Origin: Naegleria gruberi
Taxonomy: Eukaryota
DNA length: 64,000 bases
NCBI GenBank assembly: GCA_000004985.1
Contig: GG738869.1
Strand: one strand, 5' to 3'
The notes beneath the pieces were generated by a model, which did not search any database, was not told where the DNA came from, and worked only from the letters and a program-made list of their open reading frames with translations. Shown here piece by piece: positions 21,198-30,779 of this stretch (its first letter is position 1; every line of letters starts with the position of its first letter). The position numbers and the translations under genes are program-made.

Positions 21198-22373
21198 TTA
21201 TTCTAAACACAATCTTTTCATATCTTCCAAAATTGAGCAACAAACTTCTTCGCTTCTCCTTCCAAGTCCACAACTAGTCGCAACACCAATTGGATATTTG
21301 AAGCTCTTACAAATATCAGAAATGTGTTTCAAAATGAGACTTTGATTTTCCTTTGAGGATTTTTCATGAATAAATCCAGCATGATATTGAATTTGATTAT
21401 TAAGATCTCCAAGTGGTTCATAAAACTTTCTATCAACACTTGGTTCAATATCACCCTCAGCAAGTGGTAAATGAATAAATTCAATACTTCTATCATATGG
21501 GAATATGTAAACTAAATTATTTGAGAAATTGACAATTGACTGAACGTTCTCATCCTTTGAAAGATTAATAGAAGCCTTATTATTAATATCTCCCAAACAA
21601 ATGTGAAAACCTATTGGAATATCCTTATCAATTTTAGAAACTAAATGTGAAATTGATTCCATAGCCCACATTCTGAATAATGGAAATTGATAATACATTG
21701 TAAATTCAATAGGAAGTTCAATTTGAACTACAAAGTCAACTGTACCACTTTCTTTAATGGAAATCTTTTTCATTTCATTAACTTCATAAGCAATTCTATC
21801 AATATTAAATAAGCAATCAGAAGATCTACATAAAATAACTTACCTATCATTGAATGATTTGTAAGTCCACCAAGACCAAAATAAACTCTTTGTTAGTGAT
21901 AAAGAAATGGCAAGACCAGTCGGAATTCCAACTTGAAATTTCACATTTGATTTCAAATTATTTTCACTTGCCAACTTTTTAAAAGTAGGAAAACTCTTTT
22001 CAAAATATTCCAAATAAGTTAGAGGCATATCTAGAATAAATCCAGTTGACCAACTTTTAGGTCTAAATTCAGGTAAATACTTAAAATCCACAGGAAAACC
22101 CTTTTCATTCAAAACTGGAGTTTCCTTCATTGGAAGAGAATACCATTTATCTGTAAAATGATCCAAAATTCTCTTTATAATAATTTGAACCCAACTCTGA
22201 CGATCACCACCAGTGAAACGTTCACTCTTCTCACCAATTTCACCATCAGGAATTGTCTTGAGAAGAATTCCAAATTTTTCAATGCATGTTTTTAAGGCTA
22301 CTGATTCACTTTCTAATGGTAAACTACCAACAAGATGACAACAACGACAATGTGTTGAATTTATCATGCTCAT
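21198..22373 (-). CDS. Cobalamin-independent methionine synthase (MetE) C-terminal-like domain protein, a putative zinc-dependent homocysteine-type methyltransferase of about 375 aa. Two exons: 21843..22373 and 21198..21794.
   Basis: ATG at 22373 (MSMINSTHCRCCHLVGSLP...). The donor is AATGATAG|gtaagt and the 48-nt intron 21795..21842 ends attgatag. Frame continues as ...NDRIAYEVNEMKKISIK.... The downstream exon has IGFHICLGD (His-x-Cys), an intervening Glu, and GVATSCGLGRRSEE. These are spaced like the MetE/UroD-like zinc triad (HxC...E...C). Confidence 0.6.
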
Positions 22374-22835
22374 GTTATTTTGATGGAATTTATATAGATT
22401 GTTAGGAGGGAGTTGTGAGTTGTTTGTTGTTTTTTTTTCAATGAGTTCTTGTGATGGTGGTAATTGTGTGTTGTGAATTTAAATGAATGAGGAAAATGTA
22501 CGCAGCACCCGACAAAACCAATCAAATAAAAATTGTCTTATTACAATGAATAATAAACGTTTCCTGGTGATTCATTTGTACTAAATTGGAAGAACTATTG
22601 TGATAGGATTTTCAATATCTATATCGAACCTTCAGTTGGAAGAATGGTGTAAAGATTTTCAATAATTATTTGTTAAAGAGCTTTGAAAGATTGGAATTCA
22701 AGTTGATAATCTTGGTAACCTTATCTATGGCTGAACAAAAACTGAATGGTTTTACCAAACATTTAAAAGAGGCAATTACCGTCTCCAAAGATATATTCCA
22801 AATTAAAACAATCGCATAAAACATTTTTTGAAAAA

Positions 22836-24899
22836 ATGATGCAAAGTGAAGAGGATGCATCCTCACTAAAATCCTATCCATCCTCTAATCATCATCATCA
22901 TTATGATCATCATCATCGTACCGGTAGTAGTAGTGGTACTGGTAATGGTGTTAGTAGTACAACCACTACACCTGTTTCTCCAGTAAAGAAAAAAGTAGTA
23001 GCCTTTGGATCCGATGTTAGTGATGATGAACAACAAGATGAAGATAGTGAATTAATTGTTTATATGGATGAGAGTAGATTATTTAACAAACATCGTAATC
23101 ATTATTCATCTTCCAATAATACCTCATCCAATTCTACTGTTAATAATTCATCTAATCAAGGCTCAAATGATGAAGAATTAACAGCCTTTGAAAATTTCTC
23201 AAATTCAGTTTCGGGAACTAAAATTTCATATTCAAGTCGTAAAAGAAGAGTATCTGTTTGGATACCAACTTTATCAAATGGTTTAATTTCATCACTAACT
23301 GCTAAAATTACAAATACTGTTGAATTTGATTTTAATAAGAAGAATTTAGATTCAAATGCTAGTCCTATGAAAGAAAAGAAATATGTTGGATATTCTATTG
23401 ATATTACAATTGGATTTAATAATGATCATACTAAATGTCAATGGTCTGTTATAAGAAGATATAATGAATTTAAGAAGTTTTATTCACTTTTAAAGAAAAC
23501 ATGTACAAATAAGGATAAATTTGGATTAATTAAATTTCCAAATAAGAGTCCAATTACAAGTTTTAACGATTCAAATTTATTAGAATTTAGAAAAAAGATA
23601 TTTAATGAATTTTTGAGTTCAGTCATTTCAATGGCTTCACATGAAACTGAAGAAGGAAAGAAAATTTCTTCTTTTGAATTTTTGATTTATTATTTTTTAG
23701 ATATTCATAATTCACCTGTTTCATTTTTATTTGATCATCCATATGGAGAAGTTTTTAAACAAATTAATCAATTTTATCAAACAACAAGAGAAGAAAAGAG
23801 AAGATTAAAAAGATTAATTGAAATTGAAAGAAATTATGATGAAGAACAAGAAAGTGATAATGCTCAATATTTATTAAGAGAACAAGAATGGTATGAATAT
23901 AAATTTCAAAGACTTGAAGAATTAAATAGAGAATTAAATGAATTAAGATTAGGAGGTGATGATTTTTTTATAGATTTAAAAGGAAAACCACATATTCTTT
24001 CAGTTGATAAATTATCAAGTTCACTTCATATTTATTTATTAAGTGAAAATACATCTGATAGATTAGAACATACATTTGTACAACAAATTTATATAGATTC
24101 AATTCAAATTATTAGAGAATGTAATTCAACATATAGAGGAGATGGATTTGAAATGATTGATATTCAATTATTGAATGGTGAATCTTTTCAATTTTATGTT
24201 TTTGATAGAAAGGAATTAATTTACTCTGTTGGTGCTCAAGTTAATCAGTACAAATTAGCAAAAGCTAAATTTATTAACTATCTTGTTTGTACAGTTTTAA
24301 GATTGAAAAAGGAAAAATATGATGAAAGTAATCAAATTCATGAACAAGATTTAATGGAACTTTATTCATTACTTAAACCTGATGATCCACTTACAAAGAG
24401 AAAATCAAGACAATGGATTAATATTGGATTTCAAGGTGATAATCCTTCAACAGATTTTAGAGGAGGTGGTTACATGTCATTGAGAATGTTATTATTCTTT
24501 GCTCAAAATGAAAGTGAAACGATGAAATTATTATTAAGTGATCATGCTGATTATCCATTGTGTGTATCTGGAATTAATTTATTCTTTACTTTATGTACTT
24601 TATTAGATTTGGATAATATTTCAACATCACCTACTATTGAAAGTATTGAAGAGAAATTTCCACTTTTCAGATTTTTATGTCTTTTATTGAAGAATAATTA
24701 TGAACAAGATTGTGAACATTTATTTGGACAAGCATTCATTCTATTATGTAGATTATTACACAAAATATTCATTGATGAATGTGCTGGATATATGGACTAT
24801 CCAAATATTGTGGAAAAGTGTAAAAAATTATTAGAGGAGGCACTTGTAAAGAGACCAAATGATTTTGATAGTTTGAGAGTTTCACTTGGTCTTTTATAA
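22836..24899 (+). CDS. PX (phox-homology) + ELMO/CED-12 domain protein, 687 aa.
   Basis: ATG at 22836. The N-terminus is low-complexity with a His run (HHHHYDHHHR). The PX-like region is YSIDITIGFNNDHTKCQWSVIRRYNEFKKFYSLLKK...FPNKSPI...LEFRKKIFNEFLSSV. The C-terminal ELMO-domain signature is KRKSRQWINIGFQGDNPSTDFRGGGYMSLRMLLFFAQ. Confidence 0.75.
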   Translation: MMQSEEDASSLKSYPSSNHHHHYDHHHRTGSSSGTGNGVSSTTTTPVSPVKKKVVAFGSDVSDDEQQDEDSELIVYMDESRLFNKHRNHYSSSNNTSSNSTVNNSSNQGSNDEELTAFENFSNSVSGTKISYSSRKRRVSVWIPTLSNGLISSLTAKITNTVEFDFNKKNLDSNASPMKEKKYVGYSIDITIGFNNDHTKCQWSVIRRYNEFKKFYSLLKKTCTNKDKFGLIKFPNKSPITSFNDSNLLEFRKKIFNEFLSSVISMASHETEEGKKISSFEFLIYYFLDIHNSPVSFLFDHPYGEVFKQINQFYQTTREEKRRLKRLIEIERNYDEEQESDNAQYLLREQEWYEYKFQRLEELNRELNELRLGGDDFFIDLKGKPHILSVDKLSSSLHIYLLSENTSDRLEHTFVQQIYIDSIQIIRECNSTYRGDGFEMIDIQLLNGESFQFYVFDRKELIYSVGAQVNQYKLAKAKFINYLVCTVLRLKKEKYDESNQIHEQDLMELYSLLKPDDPLTKRKSRQWINIGFQGDNPSTDFRGGGYMSLRMLLFFAQNESETMKLLLSDHADYPLCVSGINLFFTLCTLLDLDNISTSPTIESIEEKFPLFRFLCLLLKNNYEQDCEHLFGQAFILLCRLLHKIFIDECAGYMDYPNIVEKCKKLLEEALVKRPNDFDSLRVSLGLL

Positions 24900-25276
24900 C
24901 AATTTTAATTAAATTTAGTAATTTAAGTTCAGTTGTAAATTTCATCATCCACCATGATGGATCTTCAAAATAACTCATTTTCAAAGACTAGTTGGAGTAT
25001 CTCATCAAATCTTGAGGTTTAGGATCAAACAGTAATTATGCCAAAGTTTCTTCAATTTCTTTTTCACCAATTTGCATTTGTTTACAGTTTCGATCAAACG
25101 TGATGTGGTTCAATGAATCCATTACAAGTTGTTTGAATGACAAAGTCTTTGCAATCCAAAGCTGTGCAGAAATGAACCTTTCATAAGGCTTTCATTATCT
25201 CCACACTCCGTAAGCAACAGGAGTTTAGGTCCTACCTAATTAATCATTCTCATCACAATGCCAGCTGTCAAAAAAA

Positions 25277-26956
25277 ATGGGTTCAACGATTTCACAAAGT
25301 GAAAGTAATGTTGCTTCTTTTTTTGCGGAAGATGATATTGTTGGTGATGATGGATCCATCTATAATCACCAACAATATTCAACAAAAAACAATTCAGCCA
25401 CCACTTCTAATTCTACTAATTCTAATTCTAATAATTCTAATGTTTCTAATAATAATACTATTAATAATAATATATATTGTGTTGGATGTAGTGATGGAGG
25501 TAAAACTTCATTTCACAATCAATTAAAATCCAAATTTCACATGAAAATTCACAAGAATGAAAAAATCAGAGCTACACTCATCATTAAAACTTGTCTATCA
25601 TCAATTCAAGATATAATTTTCATTGTCATGTCAGATCAAGAAAGAAATGATTTTATTCATAAAATTAAAAAATCAGATCCACAAATTTATGATTTTTTAC
25701 TCAACTTGACAAATATTACAAGAAAATGGGAATTTACAAAATCAGAATCAATTCAATATGGACAATATATTAGAATGATATGGTCTAAATATAAAATAAT
25801 ACAAGAATTATATTATCTATATAAGGATTCTCATCATTTAATTGATAATATTGATGTGTTGTGTAATGAAATGAATATTATTATTTCACAATTATCAGAT
25901 CATCAGAAAAATCAATTTTTAAAAAATACTAAACGACGATTAAATCAACGTTTAAATTCTACCACTGAAATTGTAACAAGTAATTCTTTAAATTGTAATC
26001 AATTGGAAAATAATTTATATGATCAAGATGATGAAGAAGATGGAGAAGAACAGCAACAACAAGATGCTGAAGATTTATATCAATTAGATAATCATATTAA
26101 TAATATTATGAATTCAAAAAAAAAGTCAAAAAAAATTTCAATATTTTCATCTAAATTTAAATCTAATTTTAATTCATCTCAACAAAATAATAATAATACA
26201 TCTCTAAATAATGAAAATAATAATGAAAATAATAATACTAGTCATTATGATAAATATTCACCACTTATTAAATTTTTAACAATTGGTAAAAATGAAACAA
26301 AATTTCAATTTGATTCTAAAAATTTATTTACAATTTTAGATTTAGGTGGAAGAGGAGCAGAAAAAAAGAAATGGGAATTCTTTTTAAATGAAACTAATGC
26401 TGATTTTGTTTTATTTTTTGTCAGCATGTCTGAATTTAATCAAAATTTAATTGAATCTGATAATATAAATAGATTACATGAAAGTTTAACTATATATAGA
26501 GATATTATTAATAGAGCTTTATTAAGAAATACTAAAGATATTATTTTAATATTTACTAAACCTGATATATTTTTACATAAAATGGAAAATAATATTGAAT
26601 TTAAATTACCAAATATAGAAGGATTAAATATTCCTAAAATGGAAACTATTAGACCTGAATTATTAAAATTAAAAGATAATATTAAATTAGAAATTAATAA
26701 TTTAATTAATTTATTTGAAAATATTCATTTAAATTCATTTAATAATATAACATTTAAATATCATATTGTAAATATAATAAATATTAAAGAATGTCAAGAA
26801 TTTATTGAAATTTTATTAAGACAAACAATTGTAAAAGATTATATTGAAAATTCATTACATAAATTGACAAGTATAAATTATTCTCCTTTTATATCAAAAT
26901 GTTTATTTAAGGAAAGTAAATTTGAAATTCAAAGATTTTTATTTTTCAGATTGTAA
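25277..26956 (+). CDS. Highly divergent heterotrimeric G-protein alpha-subunit-like GTPase (559 aa) with long Asn-rich insertions.
   Basis: The G1/P-loop is VGCSDGGKTSF (compare GAGESGKST). The G3/switch II is ILDLGGRGAEKKKWEFFLNETNADFVLFFVSMSEFNQ (compare DVGGQRSERKKWIHCFE.VTAIIFCVALS.YDQ). The G4 is IFTKPDIF (compare NKKDLF). N-runs and the block (NENNNENNN) lie between the Ras-like segments. Confidence 0.65.
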   Translation: MGSTISQSESNVASFFAEDDIVGDDGSIYNHQQYSTKNNSATTSNSTNSNSNNSNVSNNNTINNNIYCVGCSDGGKTSFHNQLKSKFHMKIHKNEKIRATLIIKTCLSSIQDIIFIVMSDQERNDFIHKIKKSDPQIYDFLLNLTNITRKWEFTKSESIQYGQYIRMIWSKYKIIQELYYLYKDSHHLIDNIDVLCNEMNIIISQLSDHQKNQFLKNTKRRLNQRLNSTTEIVTSNSLNCNQLENNLYDQDDEEDGEEQQQQDAEDLYQLDNHINNIMNSKKKSKKISIFSSKFKSNFNSSQQNNNNTSLNNENNNENNNTSHYDKYSPLIKFLTIGKNETKFQFDSKNLFTILDLGGRGAEKKKWEFFLNETNADFVLFFVSMSEFNQNLIESDNINRLHESLTIYRDIINRALLRNTKDIILIFTKPDIFLHKMENNIEFKLPNIEGLNIPKMETIRPELLKLKDNIKLEINNLINLFENIHLNSFNNITFKYHIVNIINIKECQEFIEILLRQTIVKDYIENSLHKLTSINYSPFISKCLFKESKFEIQRFLFFRL

Positions 26957-27241
26957 TTTTATTTGTTTACAGTAATAAATTATTTAAATAATATTATAAA
27001 ATATTCAATTACTATTCTTCTCCAATCAGCTGTATTCACTAACTTATTTACATAAAACGAATAGGTAGCATAGATCTTACTCAGAGATCTTATCCTCTAA
27101 ACTAGATTCGAACTATTACAAGTATAATATTACAAATATATCAGTTTCTTCATAATTATCTTTTGATTTTTGTAATTGTTAAATTAGAAGCTAATTAGAT
27201 CTCTAACAAAGGCTAAAAAAAAACTTCTTCAAATAAAAAAA

Positions 27242-29703
27242 ATGTCTTCAACCGATAATCACCAACAACAACAACAATTATTAAAATTTGAACTTGTTCA
27301 ATCACTTGTTGATCATGAATTTTGGTACGATCTGGAAAATAAAAAGTTATTAGAATACAAATTAGATAACAAGCCTAAACAAATTCAAGCCTCCTATAAT
27401 ACTGGTAAATTATTTAATTCTCAAGTATTAAATGCTACTCATCATACTAATGATCAAGTAAATCTTAGTTCCAAGTTGAGATTGGGTGAAAATGCTTTTG
27501 ATCATCATCATTTAAATACTTCCAATACTATTAATACTATTAATACTACTATTAACAATAATAATAATTTATATTATTCAAATGGTACATTATATAATGC
27601 TAATACTATTGAAGAATTTAATAATTATGATAAAAAGAGTATTTTAAGAAATGTTGGATTAGAAACAATTTATAACAAAATTGTTAATCAAGAATGGTTA
27701 AAAAATCCAAATGAATTAACTCACTTTTTATTATTAACATTTGCAGATTTAAAACAACATGCTTTCCATTATTGGTTTGCATTTCCATCTTTATCTTTAT
27801 CTGATATGGAAATTAAATATGAAAAATCAGAATTATTAAATGAAGAAATTCAATTAAAATTACAAAATGAATTATTAACATTTAAATCTAATCATTCTAA
27901 AGAAGAACATGGATTTTATTTAATTATTGAAAATGAAAATTCTTATCAAATTAAATCACTTTCTGAATTTGAAAATGTTATAAATGGAAATGAAAAGTAT
28001 TATTTAGGATTTTCAGATCCATCTGCATTGAATGAATATCCATCAATGATTTTAAGAAATTATTTATTAGCAAGTTATTTAACATTTAAAAAAGATTTAT
28101 TTAATGTTATTGCTTTTAGACAAGATCAAAGTTTATTATTAAAAAATGTTAAAATTACAACAAGTATTGAAAATATTGAAAATATTCAAGAATTAAAAGA
28201 TAAAATTTCAGTTATTGGATGGGAAAAGAATACTAAAAATAAATTAGGACCTAGATTTACAAATATGGGAAGTACAATGGATCCAATTAAATTAGCAGAA
28301 AGTTCAGTAACATTAAATTTACAATTAATGAAATGGAGAATGTTTCCAACACTTAATTTAGATAAATTAGGTAAAACTAAATGTTTATTAATTGGAAGTG
28401 GAACACTTGGATGTCATGTTGCAAGAAATTTAATGGCGTGGGGAATATTTAATATAACATTTGTTGATAGAACACGTGTTAGTTTTAGTAATCCAGTTAG
28501 ACAACCATTATATGAATATGAAGATTGTTTAAATGGTGGTAAAGATAAAGCATCATGTGCTGCTGAACATTTACGTAGAATTTATCCAAATGTTAATGTT
28601 CAATCACATAGTTTAGATATTCCAATGCCAGGTCATTTCATTACAGATCGTCAAAAAACTTTAGAATCCTATAAGAAATTACATGACCTCATTGAAGAAC
28701 ATGATGTTATTTATTTATTAACTGATACAAGAGAATCAAGATGGTTACCTTCGTTAATTGGTATTAGAAAAAAAAAGATTATTATTAATGCTGCTTTAGG
28801 TTTTGAATCTTATCTTGTTATGAGATATGGTGTTTATGGTGATAATAGCAATGATAACAACAATAATGATAGTACTAATGAAAACAATGATGAATTTAAA
28901 GAAATGACATCAAAGAGATTGGGTTGTTATTTCTGTAATGATGTTGTTGCTCCTGTTAATGTAAGTAAGAATAATATGACAATTTCATGTGTGATAATGA
29001 ACTATATATTGAACTAACTATATATTGAAATATTTTATAGAGTACAAAGGATAGAACACTTGATCAACAATGTACTGTAACAAGACCAGGAGTTAGTGCC
29101 ATTGCAGGATCCTTAGCAGTTGAATTACTTGTTTCATTGACACATCATCCAGAATATAAATATGCTTCTGCATATAATCCAACAAGTCAAAATAATGATG
29201 GACATGTTGAGTCAGATTTAGGAGTTGTTCCTCATCAAATTCGTGGATCAATTTCAAATTATCAAACCAATTTATTATATGGTTCAAGTTATAATCAATG
29301 TACTTGTTGTTCTCCAATTGTTTTGCAAAATTATGCAAAGGATGATTTTAATTTCTTGGAACGTTGTTTTAATGATTCTAAATATTTGGAAGAATTAACT
29401 GGTTTAAAACAATTACATGAACAAACTTTGAAATTATTGCAAGATTTTGATTATTCAAGTGAAGAAGAAGAGGATGATGAAAATATTAATGAAAAATCGT
29501 CAACAACAAAGGAGCAACAAGCCTCCACAATTACTACCACAGAAAAGAAGGAAGAAGCATTGACAGAAATGAGTAAAGAAGCACTTATTGAAAAGATTAA
29601 ACAACTTGAAAAGGAGAATCAACAATTGAAAAAGACTCACCCACCTTCCAAGGCTACTGCTACAGATGAAGAGGATGATTTGGATGGATTTGAGGTTCTT
29701 TAA
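27242..29703 (+). CDS. atg7: Autophagy E1-like enzyme Atg7, about 789 aa. Two exons: 27242..28960 and 29053..29703.
   Basis: The N-terminal domain (FELVQSLVDHEFWYDLENKKLLEYKLD) is Atg7-specific. The adenylation domain is KCLLIGSGTLGCHVARNLMAWGIFNITFVDRTRVSFSNPVRQPLYEYEDCLNGGKDKASCAAEHLRRIYP. Exon 1 ends CNDVVAPVN|gtaagt. The 92-nt intron carries an ACTAAC branch-like motif and ends ttttatag. Exon 2 reads STKDRTLDQQCTVTRPGVSAIAGSLAVELLVS (catalytic Cys region), followed by a C-terminal coiled/acidic tail. Confidence 0.85.
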
Positions 29704-29839
29704 AATATTTGAACAACATTAATATTCAATATTATTTTCATATAAAATGTACCACAATTTTTTAGGACATTAATGGTGCGTCTAAGCCCAATAAATAAAT
29801 GTGAGAAATTCCTCTCTCTTAAAATTGGTTCTTTTAATA

Positions 29840-29962
29840 TGATGCAGAGGTGCTACTCTATTCTTCTCTGAGAGATGTGCAGTGGTTTCCCCAATTGTTA
29901 CGACTAAAAGCGTAATTACCACTTTCGAGGTGCTGACTACCTTGAACCCCTTGGTTTTTTAC
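29840..29962 (+). ncRNA. Candidate small non-coding RNA: a GC-richer ~120-nt block ending in a T-run, with possible C/D-box-like elements. Its class is unassigned.
   Basis: In the 29704..30338 intergenic region, the segment gatgcagaggtgctactctattcttctctgagagatgtgcagtggtttccccaattgttacgactaaaagcgtaattaccactttcgaggtgctgactaccttgaaccccttggTTTTTT is markedly less AT-rich than its flanks. It ends in T6, which is a Pol III-like terminator. Just upstream there is ATGATGC (C-box-like) and CTGA (D-box-like). The only ORF here (29882..30109) has no credible protein features. I found no match to U1/U2/U4/U5/U6 consensus boxes. Confidence 0.2.
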
Positions 29963-30023
29963 TTTTTTAATTTTAATAGAAATTTAAAAACAATAAGAAA
30001 GGCTTTGTTCACCCTCACCAATA

Positions 30024-30224
30024 ATGGAAAGGAATGTAAATGGAGAGGAGTCTGTATCCACTGCTTCTATTGGTTCTGTTCAACAACAGGTTGCTACAGA
30101 GCAGGGTAATGATGAATTGAAGAAGGAAAATATTAAAATTGAAACTTTATCGGAACTACAACAATTACGTTATATTTTGTATAATTATTTAAAGGATGAA
30201 AAAGATAACAATATCAACAATTAA
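30024..30224 (+). CDS. Small hypothetical ORF (66 aa). This is a weak call.
   Basis: ATG-initiated (aataATGgaa). The sequence MERNVNGEESVSTASIGSVQQQVATEQGNDELKKENIKIETLSELQQLRYILYNYLKDEKDNNINN is protein-like and is not mirrored by a longer antisense gene. No homology is recognised. Confidence 0.2.
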   Translation: MERNVNGEESVSTASIGSVQQQVATEQGNDELKKENIKIETLSELQQLRYILYNYLKDEKDNNINN

Positions 30225-30338
30225 TTATATAGATGATTTCCATTCTTTGAATTTACTTATCGGAAGTTGTTTCTCCACAAACTTTTGTTATTATTAAATA
30301 TGTCATAGCAATAAAAAATATCATCACAATTAAATATC

Positions 30339-30778
30339 ATGCCTATTATTACAACATCTTCATTGTTACATTCATCATCGGGTAGCAGTCATCATTCATC
30401 CAATACAACAGCAACATCACCCACTGGCAGTAGTGGTAATATAGGTAGTTTAACCTCCTCCTCAACTACGACAACAACACTCCTCGAACAACCACCTTCA
30501 TTTCAACCAAGTGAAGTTAGCCTTGTCAAATTAAAATTAAAATCACAAAGAGCAAAAAAGAAAGTAGCCTTTGATAATACAGTTGAAGATAACGAATTTA
30601 AACCAATGAGAACATCTAAAAGTAAGTTTAGATTGTTTTTACTAATTTAATTAAACAACAATTAGAATGTTGTATTTTCCATCGTAAGAAGAGGTATGAT
30701 GAAAGTGATACAGAAAGTGATAGTAGTAGTGATGAAGAAGAAGATTCTAATTGTCCACAATGTAATAGTAATGAATAA
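30339..30778 (+). CDS. Protein phosphatase 1 regulatory subunit 11 (inhibitor-3) / Ypi1-like protein, about 131 aa. Two exons: 30339..30621 and 30666..30778.
   Basis: Exon 1 is an S/T-rich N-terminus followed by KKKVAFDNTVEDNEFKPMRTSK (an RVxF-like KKVAF PP1-docking motif). The donor is AAAA|gtaagt. The 44-nt intron has a TACTAAT branch-like motif and ends caattag. Exon 2 reads CCIFHRKKRYDESDTESDSSSDEEEDSNCPQCNSNE*, which is the CC[IV][YF]..(K/P)R...ESSSDS...acidic signature of PPP1R11/YPI1. Confidence 0.65.
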
Positions 30779-30779
30779 T

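Noticed and set aside
27071-27094. Imperfect palindrome tagatcttactcagagatctta in the atg7 upstream region.
   Set aside because: AGATCT is self-complementary, so the apparent hairpin is trivial. There is no supporting context for a regulatory role.
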